Origin: Octopus vulgaris
Lineage: Eukaryota
DNA length: 64,000 nucleotides
Direction: 5' to 3'
Assembly: GCA_951406725.2 (NCBI GenBank)
Contig: OX597816.1
Coordinates: 135,532,001 to 135,596,000 of the forward strand
The position numbers were made by a program, and so were the translations under genes. Of this stretch, positions 23,108-36,600 are shown one piece after another; position 1 is the stretch's first letter; every line of letters starts with the position of its first letter. The notes beneath the pieces were generated by a model. That model did not search any database and was not told the DNA's origin. It saw only the letters and a program-made list of their open reading frames with translations.

Positions 23108-25650
23108 ATGCCATTATTTTTTTGAAATTAGATACCCAAGCAAATTCAATTGCTTATTCCTTAAACTGTAATGAAGACATTGTATAATGTTATGTTATAT
23201 TATATATTATATTTTATGTACCCACAGAATTTTTAATCGATCATTGCAACTGTTTAATGAATGGTCCTGTGAAGATTTTTTTCTACTTTAATAAATAGTA
23301 TGAGTGTGTGTGTACACACATATGTATCTTTAAACAAATATAAATATGTATGTCACTGTTCAGTTTTATTTCAAAATTTCTTGCCAATAGAGAAAAAGTC
23401 AGTTTCTAACCTAGATTAAATGCTCCTTCATTGGAATTTCAACAACAATATGTATGTATGTGCACATGTATGTATAAGGGGCAGTATTTCCCAAAGTGGG
23501 TTCTGCAAGATATATTTCCTTTAATAAAACTTAATGTAAATTTATCTTCCTCTAAAACAATTTTGTTTCAGTTAATGTCTTATATAAATTATGTTGGGAG
23601 AGCCTCTCTTTGAATGTAGGTATGGCTTTGGCATTATTATCATTATCATCATAGTGTTAATGTTGAATTTTCTGTTCACGCAGGGAACAGACAGAATTTG
23701 TTCAGGCAGACTTTGATAAATGATATCATACTTGTCCCCAACCACCACCTGATCCCCACTGACAGGATATGTTTCCACAGATTTTCTATGGTCGGATGCC
23801 CTTCCTTTTGCCAAGCCTCTCTTGTTTCCAAGCAAAGTAATATTTCGTCATGAGCAGACATATCTGAATGGTAGACTCAAAACAAATGACACTCAGTGTA
23901 TAAAGGTGACACCTGTTTACAACTACCACACATTGCCGGGTTGAAGAGACTCAAATAACATGCATATACATACATATATATAAAGGGTAAAGAGAGTAAA
24001 GACCTCCTTCAGTTACAAATGACCATGGGATTGCAGCTACAGTTTCCCTCTGAAACACAAGTCCAGGCAAGGTTGTTCTGTAGAAGGCTAGCAGTTGCCC
24101 ATGCATACCAGCCTCTCTTCTCCACAACACCGATGTTATCCAAGGGAAAGGCTAACACCAATACAGCTTGGCACCAGTGACATCTCAACTCATTTCTACG
24201 GCTGAGCGAACTGGAGCAATGTGAAATAAAGCTTCTTGCTCAAGAGCATAACACATAGCCTGGTCCAGGTATCAAACCCACAATCTCATGACTGTAAGCC
24301 TGACGCTTTAACCACTAAGCCATATATATATATATATATTGGCCGAAGCCAGTGCCGCCTCAACTGGCTTCCGTGCAGGTGGCACGTAAAATGCACCAAT
24401 CCGACCGTGGCCAATGCCAGCCTCGCCTGGCACCAGTGCAGGTGGCACGTAAAAAGCACCCACTACACTCTCGGAGTGGTTGGCGTTAGGAAGGGCATCC
24501 AGCTGTAGAAACTTTGCCAGATAAGACCGGAGCCTGGTGCAGCCTTCTGGCTTCCCAGATCCCCGGTCGAACCGTCCAACCCATGCTAGCATGGAGAACG
24601 GACGTTAAACGATGATGATGATATATATATATAGATGCATATAAAAATAGCATAGGAAATGTATATAAAATATTATTTTAGTCAAGTAAGTTTGTTATTT
24701 TGTATTTTAAATAACAGTCTGCATCAGACTGCTGGCAATGAAACATTGGATAACAATCCACTCTAAGTTAGAAAATTAAGTTTTATAAAATCTGTTGTTT
24801 CTCAGTTAATTATCACCTATTTTGAATACTTCCATTCAAGAAAAATAGTTTCTGTTTTGTTTTAGATAACTCATAACCACATAAATAGTATTTGTCTCTG
24901 TTATCAATAAACGTATAAGCTATTCTTAGAGGTTATGAAACTGCATTCTAACCCTTTGGTTTTAGATTCAAACTCACTTTGACTGTCATTTTGAATTAGG
25001 TTCATAAGCCTTTAGTCCACTACATCATCATAATTATCGTTTTAATATCCACTTTTCCATGCTCCTAGACTTGGATGGAATTTGTTGAGACAGATTTCTC
25101 TATGGCTAGACACCCTTCCTGTTGTCAACCTTCACCTGTTTCCAGGCAAGGTAGTATTAGCTCCGTGTCCTGACATTGGAAACAAAGGACATTGCATATA
25201 TAATGGCAACACTTGTTTACAATCATCGCAGGAAGCCATGGCAAGGGAACAGACACTAATATACATCTATAATGGCCTTCTTTCAGTTTATGTTTAATGA
25301 AGCCACTCATAGGCATTGATTGGCCCTGGGTGCCATGCAGAGGGCCCTTGGGAGAGTGTTTTCTGGTATAACCCTGGGTTATAGAAGCAGTGGAGTGAAC
25401 CTGTAACCATGTGGTTGGGAAGCAAACTTCTTAAAATACAACCATGCTTGCATATTAACTAATGAAAATTCTATATATAGTCTTTTAATATGAATAATTC
25501 AATCTTTTTTTATTGATTTAAATTGCCTTTTAACAGATAGCTATCAATAGATAACTAGTCATGATAACCTTACTATTATGTCTAATCAATCTAATACAAT
25601 TGAATTAATTCACAAACATTCTTTGTGATTTATTGTTGTCAACAATTTAA

Positions 25651-25767
25651 ATGGTCATATTTTGTGTGATGAGGAAATTTGGAATGTATCAACAATATGT
25701 ATGCTGACACAGACCTTTATCAGTTTCCTTGCATTCCAAATTTCCTCATTGCACAAAATATGATTAT
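25651..25767 (+). ncRNA. long stem-loop (pre-miRNA-like or dsRNA editing substrate)
   Basis: 25651-25687 pairs continuously with 25731-25767. All non-Watson-Crick positions are G-U on the plus strand. Confidence 0.4.
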
Positions 25768-26688
25768 GTGAATTGTCAGCATTTTATAATGAATTTTGAT
25801 AAATTTGAAAAAGTCACCCCAGAGTGAATTGATGTTATGGTAGGCAGTTTTTTGAAATAGCAATATTTTGTATTATGTAAATAGTAGCAATAGATTTTGT
25901 TCAGAATGAAAAGTGTTTATTTAATGCCAGCAGATATGTTTATAACTTAGATGAAATACTGCCACATTGTTTTTTTAATATATTTATCTTAATTATATTT
26001 CACTTGTCTCAGTCATTAGACTGTGGCATCGTCTTGAAGGGTTTAGTAAAAAAAATCAACTCCAGAACTTATGTTTTTCTTTTTAAAGCCTGGTATTTAT
26101 TTTATTGGTATCTTCTGCCAAGCCACTAAATTAGAGGGATGTAAACAAACCAACACTGGTTGTCAAGTAATGTTGGGGAAAAAACACAAACATGAAGACA
26201 CATACATACACACATATATATTACAGGTTTCTTTCAGTTTCCATCTACCAAATGTACCTTATCCCTAAAGTACTTTTAATACTTTGCCCATTGGTTGAGA
26301 GTTGGAGGTCATGGGCACATGCACCATCTCTCTCCTTCAATTCCTAACTCTGGCTATAGTTGTGCATTCAGCCAGGGGTCTTCAATTACATATATTACAT
26401 CCAGCATCACCATCATCTTTTAACAGCCATTTTCCATGCTGGCATGGGAAGGATGGTTTGAAAGGAACTGTCAAGCCAGAGGACGGAGCCTACCTCTATT
26501 GTCTGATTTGGCAGGGTTTCTACAGTTGGATGTCAACCATTTTACAGTGTACTTGTTGCTTTTTATGTGGCACCAGCACTAGCATGGTCACCAAGTAACT
26601 AGTAAGACAAGGACCCTTTGACTTAGAGTAGAAGTAATACCAAGGGAAGTGGCTTTGTGCCAATATCTGTATATATATATATATCTAT

Positions 26689-26720
<32 letters not shown>

Positions 26721-27055
26721 TTCTGCAGGCTTTTTGGAATCTGCATGGTGGCACCACAGCTGGAAACCAATACCCAAGGCCAAAGAGAGACAATCGTTTA
26801 CCTTTGTGGTGCTTTGGTGACCACAAGATGGCAGCACATCCGAAGATCAATGGACAATGGCGAAGAGAGATAATCACCTAGGGTTTTACCCTTAAAAACA
26901 AGGCTTTTATCCCTCCATATTTTAAAGAGGTCTCAGGCTAGTAGTGTTCGGAGTCTGAAGATATGGTATAAGGCTAAACCTCTTTATGAACAAGAAACCC
27001 AGGGTATCCCCATAAATCAGCCAACCCCACTATAATATATATATATATATACACA

Positions 27056-29516
27056 CACTGCATTTCAAATTATTAATGATGTAACATTTGTTCCACCATC
27101 ATCATTGTTTAACATCTGCTTTCCATGCTGGCATGGGTTGGACAGTTTGACTGGGGATTGGTGAGCCAGAAGGTAGCACCAGGCCCAATCTGATCTGGCA
27201 AAGTTTCTACAGCTGGATGCCCTTCCTAATGCCAACCACTCCAAGAGTGTAGTGGGTGCTTTCCGTGCCACCAGCACGAGGGCCTGTCAGGCAGTTCTGG
27301 CAATGACCATGCTCAAAAGGTATTTTTTACATGCTACCTGTACGGGAGCCAGTCTGTTGACACTGGCAACAACCATGCTTGAATGTTGTTTTTCATGTGC
27401 CGGCAAGACAGCGCTGGCAACAACCACACTCAAATGGTGCCTTTTACGTGCCACAGGCATGGAAGCCAATCCGTGGCCCTAGCAACGATCATGCTTGGAT
27501 GTGCTTTTAACGTTCCACAGGTACAAGTGCCAATTAGGCGGTACTGCCATCGGCCACGTCAACGATTTTGATTTGATTTCACTTGCTTTAGTAGGTCTTT
27601 GCAATCAAAGTTTATTTTCCAATGAATGAGGGGTACTCATAAGTGGGCTGGTTACATGCACTGGTATAGGCCACAGGCTATGGTCTCACTTGTCTTGCTG
27701 AGTCTTCTCAAGCACAACATATCTCCAAAGGTCTCAGTCACTAGTCGTTGTCAAATGTTCAAAGGTCGTGCTTCACCACCTTATCCCAGGTCTTCCTCTT
27801 CCACAGGCTCCCTCAACTGTTAGGGTGTGACACTTTTTCACACAGCTGTCCTCATTCATTCGCAACACATGACCATACCAGCGCAGTTGTCTCTCTTGCA
27901 CACCACATCTGATGCTTCTGAAATCCAACTTTTCTCCCAGGGCATTTACACTGTTGTGTATGCATACTGACATTACACATCCAGCGGAGCATACTGACTT
28001 CATTCCTTGCAAGCTTACGCATGTCCTCAGCAGTCACAGCCCATGTTTCACTGCCATGTAACATGGCTGTTCGTACACATGCGTCATACAGTCTACCTTT
28101 TACTCTGAGCGAGAGGCCCTTTGTCACCAGCAGAAGTGGGAGCTCTCTGAACTATGGCCATTTACCAAATTTATGTTAATTTTCACTGTTTCAAATTATT
28201 AAAACTCATGTAAACAAGAAAATATCAATGTGTGTGATGTACATACTGAAACGAAGTCATCAACATGCAAAAAATAGAACAAATATAGTGTTCAAATATG
28301 ATAGAGGAGCTGGTTAGTAAGGGGTATATGAGCCTTTGTTTGAAATAAGTTGGAAAAGGCACAGGTTCATGGAACTTGCTAGTTTCTAGATCTCTGATGT
28401 TATGCCACGTGATACATATCACTATTGCCTTCCACAGTTCATTCTCACTCCTAAATTGGCGCCCTTTCTCGTAAACTCGTTGCTTTAGAATACTCCACAA
28501 GATTTTCTTTTGTTTTTAAATCTGGGGAACAGGCAGGCCACTTCATTTTCCAAGGTCCACAGAAGCCTAATTGTTGCAGATAATCTGTAGTTTCCTTCGC
28601 TGAGTGTGAGGGCGCATTATCTTACATGAATATTATGGTTGTCTTGAAGGTGATCCTTTGTTTTTTTAACCAAGGTTCAAGGTACCTCCCTTTGAAAGGT
28701 TATGTAAGCATCCACATTCATTTTAAGTCAGGCACTTTCCAAGGACCAACTATGATATCTCCAATAATCCTGCCCAAATTATGATACCTCCTTCCTCTTG
28801 TTGGTGTCTCAAGCGTTGATGACAATCTTGTCGATTTACAACCCATCCCTTGCTCAACCATCAGGCCCATCAAGGGTAGCACGAGTTTTATCCATAAACC
28901 AAACCTTCATGTTATCTTTTGTCCATTTCAGATAATTTTGCATGTGTATTTTGTTTAAAGGAGACTTTTAACTGATGTCACTGGTCTAACAACCTCTTTC
29001 AGAAGACAACATCGGTTAGTTTTGGACACAGTTGTTTTGCCAATGCACTTGAAAAGTTCTCTACTTGTTAGACCTGGGTTCTTTACAGCTTCATGCTAAA
29101 ATTGAGAAATAGCCCTCAACTCACCCTTGTCAGCTCTCTTACATATCTTTGTAGAGGCTGTAACAAAATTTTTTCACAGGTTGGTGATATCTTCCAATTA
29201 TTTTAGATATTTCTAATATTGATTTATCCTTTGCAAGTTCAGAAATAACAACAGATTTCTCTGAAGCAGTTAAGTCATATTACAACCCATAATTACACAA
29301 TTATCAAACCACTTGTTAATAATTTGGAGCACTGAAAGTTCGTGGAAATCATGCAAATGGCTGCAGTGTTTACACTTGTGCAAAACCTCACGCTTTTTAC
29401 ACACCAGACACATATAACTGTTGCCATCATTCTGTGGAAATTTCTTTGAATTCCAACGAGTAGTTTTTAAATAAGATAAAAAATATTACGTTGTGAATAA
29501 TTTGAAATGCAATGTA
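27056..29516 (-). mobile_element. decayed Tc1 transposon interrupted by an RTE insertion
   Basis: TIRs 'cactgcatttcaaattatt' and 'aataatttgaaatgcaatg'. Motifs 'DNAPSHSA', 'KWPACSPDL', 'WSILKQRVYEKGRQFRSENELWKAI'. Confidence 0.8.
27097..28160 (-). mobile_element. 5'-truncated RTE LINE
   Basis: ORFs 'TKGLSLRVKGRLYDACVRTAMLHGSETWAVTAEDMRKLARNEVSMLRWMC' and 'QLRWYGHVLRMNEDSCVKKC..VEGACGRGRP', followed by the UTR units and tail. Confidence 0.9.
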
Positions 29517-29519
29517 TAT

Positions 29520-30130
29520 ATAAATAAAATGTGTTGACATATCTCAGGAAACATGGATAGAATGTAGCAGGATAACACCGTTAGTAGGAGAGGTTAGGAA
29601 AGACAATAAAAGCCAATAAAGTACAAAAAGGTATAAAGTTTTCTCTGATAGGTTTTTAGATATAAAATAGATAGTTAGATGTTTCAATACTGCCAACACT
29701 GTAAAGGGAATTTTTCCACCTGGATACTTGTGAGTAGGGATGAATGCTGTCAACCTCAGTAGTACAGAGGCACACTTCATTAGGAAACACATTTACTGCT
29801 TCCAAGAGTATTAATCAACACAAACCAACATTAAATAAATTAAGGAAATAAAAAAAAAGTCTAAAGAATCTTTGATTTGAAAGCACTCACGACAAAATTA
29901 ACTATAACACCCAGCAACAAGGCTCATTCTAGGTTACATGTCTTATGTAGGGTAATCTATTTATCTGTCAATCTATCTACCTACTTTTATATCCAAAAAC
30001 CTATTATAGAAAACCTCATACTTTCTTGTACTTTACTGCCTTTGTCTTTTCTAACCTCTCCTACTAACATTATCCTGTTTATCTTACTATATATATTTGT
30101 GTAGGTATGTATTTATGTATATTTTATTTA
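29520..30130. repeat. inverted repeat, ~150-bp diverged arms
   Basis: 'gttagtaggagaggttaggaaagacaa..aaagtacaa..taggtttttagatataaaa' versus 'ttttatatccaaaaaccta..ttgtacttt..ttgtcttttctaacctctcctactaac'. Confidence 0.7.
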
Positions 30131-30208
30131 TATATATGGTCCTTACTATGTTACCTAAAAATGCTTGTATCTAAAAATGGGATGTGGTGAGGTAAAAAAG
30201 AAACTTAC

Positions 30209-30263
30209 GTCAGACTCAGAATCAGTATCAAGAGTTCTCTTAGAAAAGTGATTTTTGTAAAAT
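30209..30263 (-). other. candidate 55-nt coding exon
   Basis: ttttgttctgatcatag|ATTTTAC...GAGTCTGAC|gtaagt; open as FYKNHFSKRTLDTDSESD (also open as DFTKITFLRELLILILSL). Confidence 0.5.
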
Positions 30264-30799
30264 CTATGATCAGAACAAAACATTTTGTTGACCTCTTTTA
30301 TTGCTTGTTGAATAAATGTAATATTTCAATCAAAACCGGTCCAAACCTTATTGAACAGATACTTTTTTTTTACATTATTTATATACTTTTTTTTTCGTTT
30401 GCAAAATCACTTGATCAATATAGTTTTATAAATCTCTTAATGGTTGCCAATCTGGATTCAGAGATTTATGGCCTAAGTTATTGACTCTCTGGGATGTTAT
30501 ATACTACATATCAATACCGCAAATAGTTATTACATTTTTTTCTACTGCTACAGAATTTATTGTCTAACCCTTTATTTATTGTGAACTCCTCAAAACTTAG
30601 CATATCAACTAATATATTTCAGCTCACTGGTATTCACAACTTAACTTTGATAAGTGTTTTCATGTTAGTGTATAGAAACATAAGAGCTGTTAAAAGCAGC
30701 AGGAAGAGTCAGTGTAATTAATACTTCTTAAAGTATTTAGTTCTTAAAATATTTTGATTGTGAAGAAATCTGATATCCTTAATAACTATCACAGCAACA

Positions 30800-33560
30800 C
30801 TATTGCCGACTCTTACACATATGTTCTGAAGATGTACCAAGGAAGAGAGAACTTATAAGTACAACACTTTAATGGATCAAATTATCAGGAAATAGAAGAG
30901 TTATAATAGGAATAAAGTTTTAGTGGTAATTCATTTTGATTGGAGGGACCTAGTAGATTTATCTTGGATGGAATCAATAAAATAACAAAAACGGATACAA
31001 TATAGTGTGGGTTTGTACTAGGATGTAACAACAGATACTATTTTTCCAGAGAAAAAATAGCAAGAACAGGATCTGTATTTGGTAGGCAATGAAAAAAGAG
31101 ATGAATAATCATCTATGAGAGATAGGTTAAGTAAAAGGATATGAGAATCAAGAGTAAGATCAATGGTAAATTTAGTGTACAAATTCACATCATTGTTAGC
31201 TGTCTTGTCTTGAATTTGAGGCCATCATGAATGAGATTAAAACAGGATGTTGCTGTTCGCATGGTAGTACCAATCCAAGAATTGCACAAAATATTTAGTA
31301 CTTGGAATGGAGAAATATAGTAATTTAACTAGATAGTAGTTAGTAAAAGGACAACAAAAATCAATACCATGAAAAAAGTGTATAGGGATCTGTGACAGGT
31401 TGATTGGAGAATGCACTGGGATAGTATGAACAGCATAGACAATTGTGAATGTTCACTACTAGTAGAAGAAAGCTTTGCTGTGTAGGTGATGTAATTTAGT
31501 TCTGCAGTGATTTTGAGTGATAACATAATGGCTATGACCACAAGAGATGGGAGACATTTTGTAAATACCCACATAGAAAAAGTTGAAGAGTATCTTTCCA
31601 TACAAAAGAGAAAACTATAAGAATTATATGTAAAATGTGACACTATACAACAATGAAACATAGGTAATGAATATTGAGTACTTATAATGATTAGAGAGGA
31701 ACTTATGGGATATAACAATACACTGCATGTGCAGAGTCAAATAAAGGGTGAATTTATGTCATGGAAAAGGTGTTTAACTATTAAAGACATCAGCAAAAGA
31801 AACAGCAGCACTGGTATGGACATGTGATATCCTGGCTGAATAATTCTGAAAGTTGGTGATAAGAAGTACAAATGAGAGAGGTAGATTAAAAAAAATATGG
31901 AAACAAATTGGATCTGAAAATGTTACACATCAGAGATGAGATGGCACAGGGTCAAGATGCCTGGTGAAATACTGCATTGTAGATATACATAAATACACTA
32001 AGAGAAAAGACAAATATAAAAAGTTACAAGACCATAACTAAAAAAGGTACACCACAGTAAGTCTGTATTTCGCATATACATATTTAGGCACTAACCCCTT
32101 GAAAATAGCCCTCTTGTTAATAAAAGCAATCCCAGTGCAGAAGACAGTCCAATACCATCTGCAAATTCTCTTGAATTTCATCCATCATCTTTAAGTAGTG
32201 CACTCTTCAGTATCAATTTCATTTTGAGAAATGGCAAAAATCACAAGGGTATAGGTTAGACACGAGAGCCAGCAGGCATACCTCACAGCAATGTGACACA
32301 TATTCAGGTTTTTCACAAGCGTAGCCTGACAAACTCCATAACTGATTTCAATCATGTGAGAGACATTGGTATTTGTTTGGTGAGAGTCTTCATACATATT
32401 TTTCTACATTTTCTAGTGTCTTACAAGTGAACTGTTACTCTGAGCATGCATCGTCTTGAACCAACACTTGACCAATCTTGAAACATGTGCCATGTGTTCA
32501 TCTTAAAGAATATATACCAAACATTTCAAGATCTTGGTAGATTTACCAAGTTTCAGACAATATTTGAGTAGACCATGTTGCTCAAAATGTTCAGTCATTG
32601 TAAAAACCACAGAACACATCATCATCATCATCGTTTAATGTCCGCTTTCCATGCTAGCATGGGTTGGACAATTTGACTGAGGTCAGGTGAACTAGATGGC
32701 TGCACCAGACTCCAGTCTGACTTGGTAGAATTTCTACAGCTGGATGCACTTCCTAACACCAACCACTCTGAGAGTGCTTTTACGTGCCACTGGCATGAGG
32801 GCCAGTTAGGTGGTACTGGCAACAGCCACGCTCAAATGGTGCTTTTTATGTGCCACCTGCCCCGGAGCTAGTCCAGCAGCACTGGCAACGACCACGCTTA
32901 AATGTTTTTTTTCACGTGCCACCAGCACAAGTGCTAGTAAGGTGATGCAGGTAACAATCACGTTTGAATGGTGTCTTTTAATGTGCCATCAGCACGGAGG
33001 CCAGCTTGTTGCTCTAGCAACCATCTCACTTGTATGGTAACCTTAGCACTCCACTCGCACAGATGCCAGTCATCGAATTTGATAACAAAACTTCACATAA
33101 TAACTGAACATTAGTAGACAACACAAAGCCTACTCGTAGACTGGTCACAAATGATCAGCAGCTGTATGAGCGTTTTTGTTGAATAGTATAATGATGGCAA
33201 GAACAATCCAGAAACTTTCTGATAATGTCCCATATATTCGAATCAATTCACTCAATTATATACTTTTACATACCAAAATAGGCCATGAGCTCAGTCAAAA
33301 GAAATTATTAATAATAAATTGTGACAGTTGCTTTCAAAATCAATGACAGAAATATCACAATCATCACAGCTGATGATTGTGATATTCAATGGCCTTAACT
33401 AGGATTGATAGTCTAGTTTGCAAGAAAGCCATGTATACAATACAAGAAATGAAAACAGATTTAAAAGATTCTGGAGTTTTGCAATACAAATGACCTAACT
33501 ATATACAACAAACTTCTGGAAGTCACTTATCAAGATAGCCATATATTATTTAGTTGGGCA
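30800..33560 (+). mobile_element. very old RTE-like LINE with nested mariner (32050-33235, minus) and RTE tail (32617-33080)
   Basis: Degenerate 'DILAE(I)ILKVGD' RT-upstream motif at ~31825. Mariner HTH 'VSHMIEISYGVCQATLVKNLNMCHIA' and a TIR-like end at ~33211-33234. Confidence 0.5.
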
Positions 33561-33699
33561 TGACAGTTAGATATCGTATTTAACAGAAAAGAAAACAAGC
33601 AGATCTCTCCTAGGAAACATTTTTAAATGATTAGTGAATCCAGATAGGAGAGGCAGCACCCATGACCTTTGTAGACTGATAAGACAGACATTCAGTTGG

Positions 33700-36600
33700 A
33701 AATTTTGTAGAAAAACTGATATGGAGGATATCCCAGAGGGTTGCTTTTTTGAGAAAGAATGACTAAAACATGATTAATACTTGTAAGTTAAGAGACAAAT
33801 GCATCATGTGGATGGAGCCAAGTAATATGCAGCTTGCTTGTTTGGAGGAAAAAAGACCATTGTAATAGCAGAGAAAGGAAATATTATGCGAGTTAGTAGT
33901 TGAAGCATGTTGGAGATTGCCTGGATATTAGGAAATGTAGTGGCAGTAGTCTCATAGATGTGAGAAGTATTTAACATAGGTTACACCCAAGCTTTGAAGA
34001 TAGCCAATAATTGATCAGAACAGAGTAATTTTTTTAAGGTCCTCAAGAAGCAGCTTCATCTTGGTAATGTTAAAATGTGAGAAATCATCAAGAATTATGA
34101 GGCCTTGCATGTTTGGGGACTTTGAAGGTTTAGTTGTGTGTTGATATGTAGGGAAACTACTGAAGTACAAATATTTCTTTGCTGTAATAATTGTATCTTT
34201 TTGTTATTGGACAAATATAGGTCATCATGTATACATTGAAATATTTTTCCAGGTCTCCACTGTCTGTTTGTTGCAAGTAAATGAGGTTTGAATATAGTGT
34301 TAAGGGTCAAAGAGTGATACATTTGTACATGAGTATATATGGTTAGCAGTTAACAGAGAGTAGGCAATTAATGTACAGAAGGAAGTATGTAAAATACATA
34401 AGCAAACTCTGGATTACATCTATGTTAACAGAATGTGTTTCCCAAAAGTTGCATCAGTGCATTCTGTAATACAGAAGATTGGTAGAAAATTCTGATGAAA
34501 GAAATGAGCGAGATGGTGATCACATCTGATAATTTCACATTCCAAAGTTAAAGGATTTTCTGATGTCAAGAACAACATAGCTTTTAGTCATATTCTACTG
34601 GTGTGTAAGACGAGAAAGCAAGTCTCAGGTAGATTTTACTAAAAAAATTGCACTGGTGTCTACTATGGAGGAAGACAAAGTCATGAAAGAGATGGATCTT
34701 TACAACTGTTTCAATCATCTTTAAATGTTAGAAGTGCAAGGCAGTTTTGGAGATGTTTCCTTTCTTAAGAATGATTCCTGTAGAAAATAATTAAACAATT
34801 TAGTGAGAATAGGAGTTTACTTTTAAACAAAGTGCATATAATGAAAAATAGAACATTAAGTTTTGGCATATTCTATTTGTTTTTATGGTGTTAATCAGAA
34901 GTAGACTATGTCTCTGGCTCAAATGTTCTTACTGTTGTCAGGTTGATGTGGTCAGTATTCAGCCTCAAGTGCTGCAAGAAAAATGTGTAGGAATAGAATT
35001 CCAGGAGAGTGAGATTCTAAGGAAGGAATGGACATATTAATTAGTGTGGAAAGATACAGAATAACAAGAGAGATAGATGTACAAGGTAAACCTTTGTGGA
35101 AGAGATATACAGATAACCAGCCCTGAGGAATAGAGATTAATAGTGACAAAATAGGCAGAGAGGAAACCAGTGTAGGTCATTAATGTACAGGAAGAGTATG
35201 GAGCAACATAACCAAGCCCTGAGACACATCAGTGTGGATAGTGTTGGGTTAGAAAGATCCCTGTGCAATGCTGTGATTTGACAAGACACTTCTGAGCAAA
35301 TAAAAAATAGTCAGATAAAGCCCACAGACAAGCAAGTTTAATCATATTTTGAATTGTAGTAAGTTGGTGAGTCTTTGCAAATCAGCTCAATGGTTTTTTT
35401 TATTCATAAAAGTCGCTTCATTCCAGATGTAAGAGTAGTATTCCCTTGCAGGTCTCTCTTGAGTAGAGAGTTGGTAGCTATTCAAGGATGAAGAATTTTC
35501 TAGCTCTTAGGAAGAAAGCTATTCTTTTGCAAGATCTCTGAGAATCTTAATTGCATGTTGTCCAAAACTAGGAAGCTGAGGTAGAAAATTGTTTCTTTAA
35601 TATGTGTAGTATCTGTACTGTTGAAGTAAACAAGATTAATGTTTTTGAGAATTTTGCACATGAAAACAGGCAAGCTGAACAAGATACATGCATATGAATG
35701 ATGCCCGTGTGCAAAAAGTTTACAAGGAATGAAGGGTACTTAATTTGTATAGGTTAGTTAGGGGTGATGTTAAACAGGTCATTAATGCACAGGAAGAATG
35801 TGCAGTAACATAACCTAGCCCTGAGACACATCAGTGTTGATAGAGTGTGGGTTAGACAGACCCCTGTGCAATTTGACAAGTATATAAAAACCATAGACAG
35901 GAAGTTTAATCAAATTTTCATGCCAATATCAGATGTCTTGCTGTTGTTAAATTTCTCAAGGGCCAGGGACTACTGGTGATTGACATGGGAGAGTCAGTCC
36001 CCAATATGTTTGTCTCAACAGAATTTATACTGGTGGTGACTTAGTTCATGTGATCAGAAAGGTTGCTTACTTGGAGATGGATACATTGTAGCAGGCTTTT
36101 AAAGATTAAAATAGATTTCTGTATGGAGAGAAAGACTGAAAATTTTGCAATGGATAGACACTAACTCTGGGGTACTGCTTGAGGGTAATTAAAGGTATAT
36201 TATCAGGGCTAGTGATGTTGTTGATCTGAAGTAACTGAAGGTATTTTTGCATTTAATACATGTGTAGATGGTGAGAACAGGGGAATAGCAAAGGAAAGTC
36301 AGCAGAAAACATAGTTCTTCCCTTGAGATTATTGCTTACAGAATCATTATGGCTGAGGAGTCGTAAAAAGGCACATTGGCAAGCAAGATACAGTGAAAAT
36401 TGTGTAATGCACAAAGAGGCTTTATTGATGGAGAAAAGAAAAAAACCTACCCAGTTGTCTTTTCTTTTTTTACAAGTGCAGTAGGCAATGTTCTGAGGTT
36501 CTACTGTGCATCTTCATATAAAACATTTAGTGGGTATGAACTCTGACTGTAGAAAATCATGCCCAAGAGAATGGTTTAAGTCACCTGCTTAAATGTCTTG

